Source: Candidatus Poseidoniia archaeon (lineage in GTDB: Archaea; Thermoplasmatota; Poseidoniia; MGIII; CG-Epi1). Taken from it: a stretch of DNA of 47,667 nt. Each line of letters starts with the position of its first letter. Positions within the stretch are counted from its first letter, which is position 1. The position numbers and the translations under genes were made by a program. The stretch covers positions 1 through 47,667 of the forward strand of contig DASCSW010000001.1 of NCBI GenBank assembly GCA_034399455.1, given 5' to 3'. A model generated the notes under the pieces. The model saw only the letters and a program-made list of their open reading frames with translations, had not been told where the DNA came from and ran no database searches. Below, piece by piece: positions 1 to 9,165 of the stretch.

Positions 1-519
1 TGAACATGTACCAAATATCGTTTTAGCTCCTGCAATTTTTGCTAACTCAATAGATGCAAGGCCAACACCACCTGCAACACCGTGAATCAAGATTGACTCC
101 CCCTCTTGAAGTGCACCTGGATGAATAATCATCAAGTAAGAAGTAAGATAAACTGCTGGAAAAGCAGCTGCCACTTCAAAAGAAACTTCCTTTGGAATCT
201 TGAAAACTCCTTTTATTTTTGCTAGAGTATGTGTTGCATAACCACCATTTGTTCCTGAACCGACAACACGATCTCCCACCTCAAAACCTTCTACATCGGG
301 ACCTAATTCATGAATTGTACCTGAAACTTCCATCCCAGGAGTAAATGGTGGCTTAGGAGCTCCAGGGTATAGACCCATACGTGCAAGTATATCTGCAAAA
401 TTAATGCCTGCTTTTGAAACTCTTATACAAACTTCACCAGGCCCTGGTGATGGATTTGGAAATTCTTGAATTTCAAGATTATCTGGGCCTCCGTGCTTTG
501 TTACTACGACTGCTTCCAT
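1..519 (-). CDS. MDR-superfamily zinc-type alcohol dehydrogenase / quinone oxidoreductase, N-terminal 173 aa; the CDS continues past the left edge of the window
   Basis: My own minus-strand translation reads MEAVVVTKHGGPDNLEIQEFPNPSPGPGEVCIRVSKAGINFADILARMGLYPGAPKPPFTPGMEVSGTIHELGPDVEGFEVGDRVVG...ESILIHGVAGGVGLASIELAKIAGAKTIFGTCS. That is a GroES-like domain followed by a Rossmann GxGGVG motif. The ATG at 517-519 overlaps the upstream stop codon (TAATG). It is absent from the ORF track because it is truncated. Confidence 0.8.
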   Translation of the reverse strand, partial: MEAVVVTKHGGPDNLEIQEFPNPSPGPGEVCIRVSKAGINFADILARMGLYPGAPKPPFTPGMEVSGTIHELGPDVEGFEVGDRVVGSGTNGGYATHTLAKIKGVFKIPKEVSFEVAAAFPAVYLTSYLMIIHPGALQEGESILIHGVAGGVGLASIELAKIAGAKTIFGTCS

Positions 520-1853
520 TAATCCTCTTCGTAATAATAATCTAGGCCAAGATGTGTGATTAGAGTTTCACCCATCAAATGACGAAGCGTATTTTCTAAT
601 TTAACCTTTTGAGCAAATAAGTCATGTATCGGATACAAATCTGGCTTGCACATTGGTGATTTGAAATAAAAAGAAAGCCATTCTTGGATGCCATGCATAT
701 CTGATCTCTTAGCTAAATCTAAAAATAAAGCTAAGTCTAGAACGATAGGTGCTGCTAAAATTGAATCACGACACAAGAAATCAACCTTAATTTGCATTGG
801 ATAACCTAGCCAACCTTTGATGTCAATATTGTCCCACCCTTCTTTGTTATCACCCCGAGGTGGATAATAATTGATACGAACTTTGTGATACAAATCACCA
901 TATAACTCAGGATATTTTTCAGGTTCAAGTATCTCTTCTAAGACACCTAATTTTGAAATTTCTTTTGTCTTGAATGATTCAGGATCATCCAAAACTTCCC
1001 CATCTCTGTTACCTAAAATATTTGTTGAGAACCATCCATCAATACCTATTCGTCTAGCCTTGAAACCAGGTGCTAAAATAGTTTTCATAAGTGTCTGACC
1101 TGTCTTGAAATCCTTACCAGCAATAGGTACTCCTTCCTTAGAAGCTAATGAATACATTGCGGGAAAATCAACTGAAAGATTAGGTGCTCCATTTGCATAG
1201 GGTATACCTTCTTTGATTGCTGCATATGCATAAAGAATTGAAGGTGCTATTGACGTTCCATCATCATCTAAAGCAGCTTCAAAAGAATCTAATGAATCGT
1301 AAACTGAGCCTTTAGGTTCTTGATAAACCTCAGTACTTCCACACCAAACCATTACAATTCTTTCAATATTATTTTTCTTTTTGAAATCTTGAATGTCTTG
1401 CCTTAAAGCCTCGATTCGGGCTCTGTGACCTTTAACCGATTTTACATAGGTTCCATCTAATTTCTTAACAAAATGTTTATCGAAAACAGCTTTCATTGGT
1501 TTTATTGATGTCAATTCATCCTTAACTTGATCCAATAATTTAGTATCTATGACTCCTGCATTGACTGCAGCTTCGTAACAATTATCTTCAAAAATATCCC
1601 ATCCTCCAAACACTAAGTCATCCAAATTAGTAATTGGAACAAAATCTTTGATATCTACTTCACGATTGTCTGTTCTTTTCCCAAGACGTAAAGTACCCAT
1701 TTGAGTTAACGAACCAATAGGGCTTGAGATTCCGTTTCGGATAGCTAATGTACCTGCAATAAACGTAGTACTTACTGCACCTAAGCCAGGCATAAGAATT
1801 CCTAATTTGCCTTTAGCTGGCATAATCTCTACAGGACTTTCTAACGAAACCAT
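519..1853 (-). CDS. myo-inositol-1-phosphate (inositol-3-phosphate) synthase
   Basis: The 444-aa product is collinear with archaeal MIPS as I remember it. Matching blocks include GAVSTTFIAG (NAD-binding N-terminus), SILYAYAAIKEGIPYANGAPN, GKDFKTGQTLMKTILAPGF, NILGNRDG and SILAAPIVLDLA. Confidence 0.9.
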   Translation of the reverse strand: MVSLESPVEIMPAKGKLGILMPGLGAVSTTFIAGTLAIRNGISSPIGSLTQMGTLRLGKRTDNREVDIKDFVPITNLDDLVFGGWDIFEDNCYEAAVNAGVIDTKLLDQVKDELTSIKPMKAVFDKHFVKKLDGTYVKSVKGHRARIEALRQDIQDFKKKNNIERIVMVWCGSTEVYQEPKGSVYDSLDSFEAALDDDGTSIAPSILYAYAAIKEGIPYANGAPNLSVDFPAMYSLASKEGVPIAGKDFKTGQTLMKTILAPGFKARRIGIDGWFSTNILGNRDGEVLDDPESFKTKEISKLGVLEEILEPEKYPELYGDLYHKVRINYYPPRGDNKEGWDNIDIKGWLGYPMQIKVDFLCRDSILAAPIVLDLALFLDLAKRSDMHGIQEWLSFYFKSPMCKPDLYPIHDLFAQKVKLENTLRHLMGETLITHLGLDYYYEED

Positions 1854-1895
1854 GTTATTGAATTATACTAAGGGTTGATAATAAAACCATTTACT

Positions 1896-2660
1896 TTATT
1901 CATAAAGAAGAGAAAGACATGTCAAAGAACCGTCTGCAGCCCTGAATTGTGACATATCAATAGGATGTAAAATTAAATCTCGTTCCTGCAATTTTGCGGA
2001 AATTGTTTCATAACCTTTGGCAACAATTACATTTTTTCCAAAAGGAAGAACATTGGTACCATAGGCTTCTTCACTAGGAACCCAAATTACTTCTGAATCT
2101 TCAGGGAAATCGGACAATGTAAACCAGCCCTCAGGAGCTAATAAAACACCAGGCATAGGCGAAGTACAAACTGATATCAAATGAAGAGATTCCTTTGGAA
2201 CTTCAATTACATGTAAACTAAATCCTCGGGATGTTACAAATCCTCTAAGACATTCTATTGCTTTTTTGTTTGTTCGACTACTATGTCCCACCAAAAACTT
2301 ATCTCCAAATTGAAGGACATCACCTCCATCCATTCTAGCCTCTAAAGGCATAAAATGCAGATTCAAATCTTCTCCTAGTGCTTCCTGAACAACTGCTTTT
2401 TCTCCTACACGAGTATCGTGACCTGCATTAGTAATCAAAGCTGAATCGCCAGCAATTACTGCATGATCTTCCACAAAACAACAATCGGGATAGGCTGAAT
2501 CTGAGGCTAATTCTTTTACGGATAAACCCAATTCTTTCAATTTAGAAACATATACTGAATGTTGCAACTTTGCCTCATTAATATCTGTAGGGCCACTGCC
2601 AAAATAAGAAGCTAAAGCTTTCTCATAAGATTCTGAAATTCCACGAACTATGGCCCTCAT
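1896..2660 (-). CDS. Guanidino-group-modifying enzyme of the DDAH/amidinotransferase fold (dimethylarginine dimethylaminohydrolase-like)
   Basis: At 254 aa it is the same length as bacterial DDAH. Family blocks present are YPDCCFVED, GHDTRVGE, GGDVL, GHSSRTN, SLHLIS (His), EAYGTN and the C-terminal nucleophile motif ADGSLTCLSL. Its start overlaps the dys stop (ATGA at 2657-2660). Confidence 0.7.
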   Translation of the reverse strand: MRAIVRGISESYEKALASYFGSGPTDINEAKLQHSVYVSKLKELGLSVKELASDSAYPDCCFVEDHAVIAGDSALITNAGHDTRVGEKAVVQEALGEDLNLHFMPLEARMDGGDVLQFGDKFLVGHSSRTNKKAIECLRGFVTSRGFSLHVIEVPKESLHLISVCTSPMPGVLLAPEGWFTLSDFPEDSEVIWVPSEEAYGTNVLPFGKNVIVAKGYETISAKLQERDLILHPIDMSQFRAADGSLTCLSLLYE

Positions 2661-3586
2661 AATAACGGCCCTAAAATTAAAGGTAAAAGAACTGTAGCAT
2701 CTCCTTCTACAGTTATTCTCCTTGCCTTAGGTCTAACTTTACCCCAAGATACTGCTTCCCTAACGCGAGCACCACTCAATGAACCGTCCCATTCTGGAGC
2801 TGTAGTTACTTGAACTGCATAATCCAACCCATCCCTAAATTGATTCCACCAAATAGTATGATGCTTTGAGATACCTCCTCCAACCATCAAAGCCCCTGTA
2901 GAATCTGCATCATGTACAATATCTGATAGCTCATGTTCTTCTGCAAATATATCTAAAGTGAAATCTTTATGGCTTTGCCAAAACAACCAAAGTTGAGAAC
3001 CAACGGCACCATCTGTAGGTCCAGGGACGAAAACTTTAATATTTTTCTTCGCACAAATAGCCAATAAAGATTCCGAACCATTAGTTTCATTAGCTAAACA
3101 CAAACCTAATTCTCTCCAAATTTTCCAAGGTATCCAGCGATTTTCTTTAGAATAAAGATCTTCCAAAATTGGTTGCATCCAATTTTCAATTGGAATCCCA
3201 TACGAATCATCAGGAACTAAAACATTACCCAAACGATTAATGCCTTCTTCTCTTAATTGTTGATCATCCATTGCAAAATCACCATGATAATAATCTGCTA
3301 AAATTCGAGCTATGTCATGGTCCAAAGTTCCACATGTAGTTACTATTACATCAACCATATCATTCTCAACTAATTGTCTTAGGAGGCCTCGAGTTCCTGT
3401 TGCCATTATATCTGCTGGAAATGATAAAAATTTAGTACAAGATTCCTCTTGCATCTCTTTCACAATAGATGTTGCTGTAGAAATTTTCGAAGCTACAAAA
3501 CCTCCGGCATTTCCAAACTGTGAAATTAAGTCTTCAAGACTCGTAGTTGCGTCAATCTTGATATCCTTTACGGGATTTTTACGCAT
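2657..3586 (-). CDS. dys: Deoxyhypusine synthase
   Basis: The 309-aa product carries DHS blocks: [45 protein letters not shown] and EAVSWGK (catalytic Lys region). Its start overlaps the 3' end of gyrA by 8 nt. Confidence 0.9.
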   Translation of the reverse strand: MRKNPVKDIKIDATTSLEDLISQFGNAGGFVASKISTATSIVKEMQEESCTKFLSFPADIMATGTRGLLRQLVENDMVDVIVTTCGTLDHDIARILADYYHGDFAMDDQQLREEGINRLGNVLVPDDSYGIPIENWMQPILEDLYSKENRWIPWKIWRELGLCLANETNGSESLLAICAKKNIKVFVPGPTDGAVGSQLWLFWQSHKDFTLDIFAEEHELSDIVHDADSTGALMVGGGISKHHTIWWNQFRDGLDYAVQVTTAPEWDGSLSGARVREAVSWGKVRPKARRITVEGDATVLLPLILGPLL

Positions 3587-6167
3587 CCTTAATCAGTCCA
3601 CAAGTACCACAGATGTATTTTTCACCATCAAGAGATAGTTTACCAACACCACACTCAGGACATATTTCCTCACTTTCAGGAGCTACATCAACATTTCTTT
3701 CTTCATCCTCTTCATCGTGTAAAGCTATTGCAACAACAACTTCATTCTCATCAACAGACATTACTTTCACACCACGTCCAACTCTTGCAATTTGCCTTAT
3801 ACTTTCTATGTGTGTACGAATAACTTTACCTGATGATGTTGTAGCTAAAATCTGATTAGCATTTCCTGGTGTCATAGCTGCCACAACACGGCCACTTTTC
3901 CCATCAACTTTAATATTTTGAACGCCTTTGGCACCACGTCTAGTTAATCTATAATTGCCTGCATTTGCCCTTTTACCATATCCTTTTTGAGTTATTGTAA
4001 GCAATACATCTTCTTCATTTACTAGACTCATACTAATAACCTCATCTTTTTCTTTCAGACGCATACCAATGACTCCTTGACCGTTTCGGCCTACGATACG
4101 AACCTCTCCTTCAGAGAATCTATTGGCCATCCCTCCTTTGGTTGCAAGCATTACTTGACTATCTCCTTCAGAGATATCAACCCCTACTAACTCATCCTTT
4201 TCCTTTAGAGTAATTGCCCTAAATCCTTGATCTCTAGCCCATGCTCTTTGTATTCTTGACGAATATTCTTCTAAACGTGTCTTTTTGATTATTCCTTTCT
4301 TTGTTGCAAATAAAAAATAATGACCATCTCCACTAATATTTGCTACAGGAAGCATACACAAAACTTTTTCATCTTTAGATTGGCGACCCTCATCCAATTT
4401 TTGTAACAGCTGAACTAATGGAGTACCCTTAGAATATCTAGAGACATCCGGTATTTGCCAAGCTTTCAAGAAATACATACTTCCTGAAGTTGTAAAGAAA
4501 AGCAAATGATCATGTGAACTCATAGAATACAACTCAACGGGGAAATCTCCCTCCTTAGCCTTGATTCCAATTCGGCCTTTACCCCCCCTATGTTGTGCCT
4601 GATATTCTTCCAAACCTACACGTTTGATGTACCCCTCATGAGTTCTCATCACAACAACTTGGGAACGGGGTATCAAGTCTTCAGTTGCTAAATCGCCATC
4701 AAAATCTGAAATTAAAGTTCGTCTTTCATCTCCATATTTTTCATTTAATCCCGCCAATTCATCTTTAATTATTGCTGAAACCTTAGTAGAATCTGATAAA
4801 ATAGATTTTAATTCATCCATTGTTTTCTTTAGTTCTTCTAACTCTTTTTCTCTTTCTTCAACATCTTGTTGTGACAATTGATAAAGTCGCATATCAGCTA
4901 TAGCCTTGGATTGATCTTTACTAAGTTTGAAATTTTTCTGGAGACCATCAATAACTGCCTCTCGCCCTGCTGCTTTTCTAATAAATGCAATTACTTTATC
5001 TAATTTTGATAAGGCGAGTAATAAACCCTCAACAATATGAGCCCTTTCTTCCGCCTTTTTCAATCTATACTGTGTTCTGCGCGTAATAATTTCCTTACGG
5101 TGATCTAAATAGACTTGTAAAAGCTCTATGATTCCCATACGTTTTGGTTGGCCTTTAACAAGTGCAACATTATTAATTGCAAAACTAGTTTCTAAAACTG
5201 AATGCTTATACAATTGATTTTCAACTATTATAGGTGAGGCATCTCTCTTAAGTTCGAAAACAACTCTCATACCTTTTTGATCAGATTCATCTCTAATATC
5301 CCTGATGCCTTGAATCTTTTTATCTCTGACCATTTTAGAAACATCTTCTAGAAGTCTATTCTTTTGAACTAAAAATGGTATTTCTGTGATTATTAGGTAC
5401 TCATTCTTTTCAGTAGATTCATGTACAACTTTGCCCCTAATCTTTACTGAACCTCGCCCCTCACTATATGCATCAAAAATACCTTTACGACCCATAATAG
5501 CTCCTCCAGTTGGAAAATCAGGTCCTGGTAAAACATTCATAATTTCAGTTAAAGACGTCTCCGGATTATCTATCATAAGATTCAGTGCTTCGGAAATTTC
5601 AGAAAGATTGTGTGGCGCCATATTTGTAGCCATACCCACTGCTATTCCTGATGAACCATTAACTAAAAGGCCAGGTAGAAGACCTGGAAGAACAGAAGGT
5701 TCTTGTAATGAACCATCATAATTATCTCTAAAATCTACTGTTTCCTCATCTAAATCTTTTAAAACACTATCTGCAATTATGGCCAAACGAGATTCTGTAT
5801 AACGCATGGCTGCCGCTTTATCTCCGTCGATAGAACCGAAATTACCTTGACCATCGACTAAAGGGTAACGTAAAGAAAAATTTTGGGCCATTCGAACCAT
5901 AGTATCATAAATTGCTTGATCACCATGAGGATGATACTTACCCATCGTATCTCCCACAATTCTTGCGGATTTTTTGTAAGGAGACCTAGAACCAGAACCC
6001 ATCTCCTTCATAGCATAAAGAACCCTTCTATGAACTGGTTTTAAACCATCTCTAGCATCTGGAAGGGCCCTACCTACAATTACAGACATTGCGTAATCTA
6101 GATAGGATTTACGCATCTCTTTCTCCAAGCTTACTTCTAAAATAGTATCTGTATTTTCAGCGGTCAA
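3579..6167 (-). CDS. gyrA: DNA gyrase subunit A with an extra C-terminal Cys4 zinc ribbon
   Basis: The 862-aa product has [29 protein letters not shown], the active-site Tyr block [11 protein letters not shown], and the GyrA box [12 protein letters not shown] in the beta-pinwheel C-terminal domain. It ends in an acidic linker followed by [22 protein letters not shown]. The start codon is TTG. Confidence 0.95.
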   Translation of the reverse strand: MTAENTDTILEVSLEKEMRKSYLDYAMSVIVGRALPDARDGLKPVHRRVLYAMKEMGSGSRSPYKKSARIVGDTMGKYHPHGDQAIYDTMVRMAQNFSLRYPLVDGQGNFGSIDGDKAAAMRYTESRLAIIADSVLKDLDEETVDFRDNYDGSLQEPSVLPGLLPGLLVNGSSGIAVGMATNMAPHNLSEISEALNLMIDNPETSLTEIMNVLPGPDFPTGGAIMGRKGIFDAYSEGRGSVKIRGKVVHESTEKNEYLIITEIPFLVQKNRLLEDVSKMVRDKKIQGIRDIRDESDQKGMRVVFELKRDASPIIVENQLYKHSVLETSFAINNVALVKGQPKRMGIIELLQVYLDHRKEIITRRTQYRLKKAEERAHIVEGLLLALSKLDKVIAFIRKAAGREAVIDGLQKNFKLSKDQSKAIADMRLYQLSQQDVEEREKELEELKKTMDELKSILSDSTKVSAIIKDELAGLNEKYGDERRTLISDFDGDLATEDLIPRSQVVVMRTHEGYIKRVGLEEYQAQHRGGKGRIGIKAKEGDFPVELYSMSSHDHLLFFTTSGSMYFLKAWQIPDVSRYSKGTPLVQLLQKLDEGRQSKDEKVLCMLPVANISGDGHYFLFATKKGIIKKTRLEEYSSRIQRAWARDQGFRAITLKEKDELVGVDISEGDSQVMLATKGGMANRFSEGEVRIVGRNGQGVIGMRLKEKDEVISMSLVNEEDVLLTITQKGYGKRANAGNYRLTRRGAKGVQNIKVDGKSGRVVAAMTPGNANQILATTSSGKVIRTHIESIRQIARVGRGVKVMSVDENEVVVAIALHDEEDEERNVDVAPESEEICPECGVGKLSLDGEKYICGTCGLIKDA

Positions 6168-6236
6168 TTTTTGGCCTCAAATTTGTAATGATGACTATGA
6201 ATAAACCCCCTTAAAAGGGACTCCCCTGACGACCTT

Positions 6237-6755
6237 GTGGCACCTCCCTTAAATGTAGTTCTAATTAACTCCAAAATAAACAGCTCATTTAATGATGAAC
6301 ATCGACGATTAATTGCTAAATTCTCACCTGTCTGTTATGCATATAACTATCACTTAGTTTTAGTTAATTTCAAAATTGAAACTTCACCTATCGATTTTGC
6401 TAAAGAAATGGCTCCATCCACTAGCATAGGAAAAAGTGGTGAAACATTAATTGAATTAGCAAAAAAAGGGATGATTAAAATAAAAAATTTACCCATTCCT
6501 GAAAATCTTGGTAAAATAGTAATTTGTACTTCGAAACCTGATGAATCGAAAATTCAAAATCATAGGATTATTTCAAAACTTTTGAAAAAGGAAAAGATTG
6601 CTTTGATTTTTGGCTGTGATGAAAATAGAAACAAAAATATACGAAGACTTATAGAAAAAGCAGACTATCATCTGGATATCAGTGGAAATAAAATTAGATT
6701 AAGTTTAGACACTGAAATTGGAGCTGTAACTAGTATTATTAGAAATTCAAAATAA
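6237..6755 (+). CDS. Hypothetical protein, possibly SPOUT (trefoil-knot) superfamily
   Basis: This is a 172-aa ORF with a GTG start. The C-terminal pattern IALIFGCDENR...ADYHLDISGNKIRLSLDTEIGAVTSII resembles the SpoU/TrmD knot motifs (G.E..G ... L..S.A.aI). It has no other recognisable motif. Its 3' end overlaps the convergent aIF6 gene by 9 nt. Confidence 0.4.
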   Translation: MAPPLNVVLINSKINSSFNDEHRRLIAKFSPVCYAYNYHLVLVNFKIETSPIDFAKEMAPSTSIGKSGETLIELAKKGMIKIKNLPIPENLGKIVICTSKPDESKIQNHRIISKLLKKEKIALIFGCDENRNKNIRRLIEKADYHLDISGNKIRLSLDTEIGAVTSIIRNSK

Positions 6756-7424
6756 TTTAAGAGCTTCTTCAACACGCCCTAACTCAACACCAGTACTTTG
6801 CCTACCACAAACTGCCCCTTTAGAGGAAGTTATTACACCGGCGCCAACTAAAGGCATACCGAAATTAACCGTACCTTCCATCACAGGGATATCTAAAATT
6901 TTTTCCATTATTTCTCTTTCTTCATCTAATATTTCAGGATGGCATAGCCCACCATTATTATTTACACAACCTATCATCCCTAAAGTATCCATATCATTAA
7001 GAGATCTAGATTCTATATTTATTTCAAATACTTTTTCAGAATCATTTTTTGACCTAGAAGATAAACGTTCATTGCAAAAACCACCTTTATCATTTAACAA
7101 GAAATTATTCCCAATTGCATTAGAACGTTCTGAAAGAACGCCTATATTCAACCCTAATGATGAAGAAATCTTTTCTAAATTATCAAGTTCTAATGAAGTT
7201 ACTAAATTTGAGACCAATAACCCCTTATTATTCATTGCAACCAAAGTCCCCAAAACACTACTACCCCCTATCGTAGTAACTTCAATAGAGGTTCCTAAAG
7301 TATCAGAGATAGCTTCCATGTCATCTTCAGGTATACCTGGAGGGATTAAGGTTAAAGAATCGTTAGTGGCGCAAAAAACCCCTGAATAAGGACTATTGAA
7401 GAGATCTTTCTGGAGTAAAGCCAT
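6747..7424 (-). CDS. eif6: Translation initiation factor 6 (aIF6)
   Basis: The 225-aa product shows the pentein-repeat pattern. The N-terminus FNSPYSGVFCATNDSLTLIP is typical of e/aIF6. It sits in the conserved archaeal S19e-L39e-L31e-aIF6 cluster. Confidence 0.9.
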   Translation of the reverse strand: MALLQKDLFNSPYSGVFCATNDSLTLIPPGIPEDDMEAISDTLGTSIEVTTIGGSSVLGTLVAMNNKGLLVSNLVTSLELDNLEKISSSLGLNIGVLSERSNAIGNNFLLNDKGGFCNERLSSRSKNDSEKVFEINIESRSLNDMDTLGMIGCVNNNGGLCHPEILDEEREIMEKILDIPVMEGTVNFGMPLVGAGVITSSKGAVCGRQSTGVELGRVEEALKLF

Positions 7425-7429
7425 AAAAT

Positions 7430-7756
7430 TTATTCAGCAAGGTGTACGATTACACTTCCGTCTTCAAATTTTAAAGCACGAACCCTAACTTTAGAAGGGG
7501 GTTTCTCAATCCCTCGAGACCATATAAATTGATTAACAGGAGGATCAATGAATAATTGTTTGTCTTCACCACTTCCCATTCTAGCATCTGCAGAAGTACG
7601 AAGAACTTCACCATCTCTTTCTGGCTTCATATGTCTAGTAATAAAATCTTCAACCATTCGCATAGCAACAGGGGCCCTACGTGTTCGTGAAACTTTATGA
7701 AGTTTACGTAAAGGAATAGTGTACAATCTCTCTTGCATTAATTCGTCGTCTGCCAT
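7430..7756 (-). CDS. rpl31e: 50S ribosomal protein L31e (eL31)
   Basis: The 108-aa product begins ERLYTIPLRKLHKVSRTRRAPVAMRMVEDFITRH, the eL31 signature. Gene order is conserved. Confidence 0.9.
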   Translation of the reverse strand: MADDELMQERLYTIPLRKLHKVSRTRRAPVAMRMVEDFITRHMKPERDGEVLRTSADARMGSGEDKQLFIDPPVNQFIWSRGIEKPPSKVRVRALKFEDGSVIVHLAE

Positions 7757-7762
7757 ATTTCA

Positions 7763-7918
7763 TCACCTATGAAGTTTACCTCTACGCCAAAAATGACGTT
7801 TAGGATGTGTAGTGAAATTTCTATTAGTCCTCTGAATTACCCAAGCTGGAACTCGACGATTACGTTTGACTAACTTGTTTAATCTTAACTTCTTACCGTA
7901 TACTTTTCTACTGGACAT
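7763..7918 (-). CDS. rpl39e: 50S ribosomal protein L39e (eL39)
   Basis: It is not in the supplied ORF track because it is too short. My own translation gives [51 protein letters not shown] (51 aa), with ATG at 7916-7918 and TGA at 7763-7765. This is the typical basic eL39 sequence, located between S19e and L31e. Confidence 0.85.
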   Translation of the reverse strand: MSSRKVYGKKLRLNKLVKRNRRVPAWVIQRTNRNFTTHPKRHFWRRGKLHR

Positions 7919-7920
7919 AA

Positions 7921-8373
7921 TTAATATTTGCTAAGTGAAGCAATCTCCTTTTGTAATTTTTTCTTAACTTCAAAAGCTGTGTTATCAAGTATAGACTGGC
8001 CTTTGCCTGTTAAATCTCGACCACCTTGTTTTACTTTTACAATAAAACCAGCAATTTCAAGTTGTTGCATTATTAATCTAAGAACTTTACGACTTCCGCC
8101 TTCACTTCTATTTGGTTTAGAACCTCTATCTCTTGCACCTGAATAATGTTTGGCCAAACGCTCTGTACCAATTGGCCCGTTAACTCCAATCTTTCTAAGT
8201 ACAGATGCCGCCCTAAAATACCACCAATCTGGCTGTGAAGGAGACTTTTCTTTGTGGACTGCAGTCTTTACAAAACTCGACCACTCTGGAGGAGAAATAG
8301 CTTTATCGCTCTTGAGAGTGTTGGCAAGTGCGCCAACCAAATGCTCTCCCGGTACGTCGTAGTGTGTAGTCAC
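7921..8373 (-). CDS. rps19e: 30S ribosomal protein S19e (eS19)
   Basis: The 150-aa product has [41 protein letters not shown] and [11 protein letters not shown], both eS19 blocks. The start codon is GTG. Confidence 0.9.
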   Translation of the reverse strand: MTTHYDVPGEHLVGALANTLKSDKAISPPEWSSFVKTAVHKEKSPSQPDWWYFRAASVLRKIGVNGPIGTERLAKHYSGARDRGSKPNRSEGGSRKVLRLIMQQLEIAGFIVKVKQGGRDLTGKGQSILDNTAFEVKKKLQKEIASLSKY

Positions 8374-8411
8374 GTGAATAAATCCTCTGCAGGGTGACGC
8401 GCCACACGGAC

Positions 8412-8422
8412 TATATTATAAA
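8412..8422. promoter_or_regulatory. Candidate shared (bidirectional) TATA element between rps19e and the YhbP-like gene
   Basis: The sequence tatattataaa is the only strongly TATA-like element in the 72-nt divergent spacer. It lies about 24-34 nt from the plus-strand ATG at 8446, consistent with a leaderless transcript. It lies about 40-50 nt from the minus-strand GTG at 8373, which is preceded by a GAGGA Shine-Dalgarno-like motif. Confidence 0.35.
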
Positions 8423-8445
8423 CTTAAGCCTAATCGAAATATCTG

Positions 8446-8871
8446 ATGAAGTCCATTCAAAAATTCATTAAAATGCACAACACAATGACTATTGCTACAG
8501 CCAGTAAAAAAAGCGCTTCGGCAGCTGCTGTTTTCTATACTCCAATAAAAGAAAGTAAATCATTGCTCTTTGTAAGTAATGAAAAATCAGAACATATAAT
8601 GAATTGTAAAGAAAATTCACATTGCGCCGCAACAATACAAGAAGATGGATTAGATTGGAGTGCAATTAAAGGACTTCAAATCAAAGGTAAAATAGGTTTA
8701 GCTAATGAAAAATATTGGGCTAATTATTTCGAAAAATATCCTTACATAAAATCTGATAAGGTTTTATCTGAAGCTTTAGAAAAAGTAAAATTGTATGAAT
8801 TCAAAATTAAATGGGTCAGAATGATCGATAACTCAAAAGGGTTTGGAAACAGAGAAGAATATAATCTTTGA
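8446..8871 (+). CDS. Pyridoxamine 5'-phosphate oxidase-like FMN-binding split-barrel protein (YhbP/UPF0306-like)
   Basis: The 141-aa product has IKGLQIKGKI and YEFKIKWVRMIDNSKGFGNREEY, which match remembered YhbP blocks (IRGVQFKGEI; IKFTDNTLGFGKK). Confidence 0.6.
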   Translation: MKSIQKFIKMHNTMTIATASKKSASAAAVFYTPIKESKSLLFVSNEKSEHIMNCKENSHCAATIQEDGLDWSAIKGLQIKGKIGLANEKYWANYFEKYPYIKSDKVLSEALEKVKLYEFKIKWVRMIDNSKGFGNREEYNL

Positions 8872-8872
8872 A

Positions 8873-9145
8873 TTAGTCTGCAAAGATTTGATGGTTATGA
8901 AAATATACAACTGCTGAAACATAAATTAAAATCAATAAAGTAATTATAATAAAACCAAAAGTATTGCCAATTAAAGGAAATATGAAAAGCACAAAGAAAC
9001 CAACTACAAAGGTCCACGCTAACAAATATGTCAGATACATGTGTGGTGCAAGTTCTGGATCTTTTGTGGAACCAAAAGTTAGAGCTTGTTTGGCAAGATC
9101 TGGAAGATTGCCCCTCATTCCCCAACCAATTCCGAACCAACCCAT
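8873..9145 (-). CDS. Small membrane protein with two predicted TM helices
   Basis: The 90-aa ORF has two hydrophobic stretches (YLTYLLAWTFVVGFFVLFIFPLI and FGFIIITLLILIYVSAVVYF). It is last in the purH-led same-strand gene string. I recognise no family. Confidence 0.5.
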   Translation of the reverse strand: MGWFGIGWGMRGNLPDLAKQALTFGSTKDPELAPHMYLTYLLAWTFVVGFFVLFIFPLIGNTFGFIIITLLILIYVSAVVYFHNHQIFAD

Positions 9146-9165
9146 AATGACTCTAAAATAACCGA

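Noticed and set aside
3312-5721. Plus-strand ORFs 3312-3638, 3613-3855 and 5386-5721, listed in the ORF track.
   Set aside because: They lie entirely antisense to the strongly supported dys and gyrA genes. Their translations are Ser/Thr/Pro/Ile-rich shadow sequence with no motifs. They are open-frame artefacts of low-GC coding DNA.
6181-6236. Possible box C/D sRNA in the gyrA upstream spacer, with ATGATGA at 6188-6194 (C box) and CTGA at 6226-6229 (D box).
   Set aside because: There are no internal D' or C' boxes at the expected spacing of about 12 nt. The two ends form no terminal stem. The 69-nt spacer must also hold two divergent promoters. This is most likely a chance match.
8895-9161. 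Alternative ORFs 8895-9140 (-) and 8964-9161 (+), overlapping the 90-aa membrane-protein gene.
   Set aside because: They are different frames of the same DNA. Their translations are Cys/Ser/Phe-rich or basic nonsense without hydrophobic-helix periodicity. The 8873-9145 frame gives two clean TM helices.
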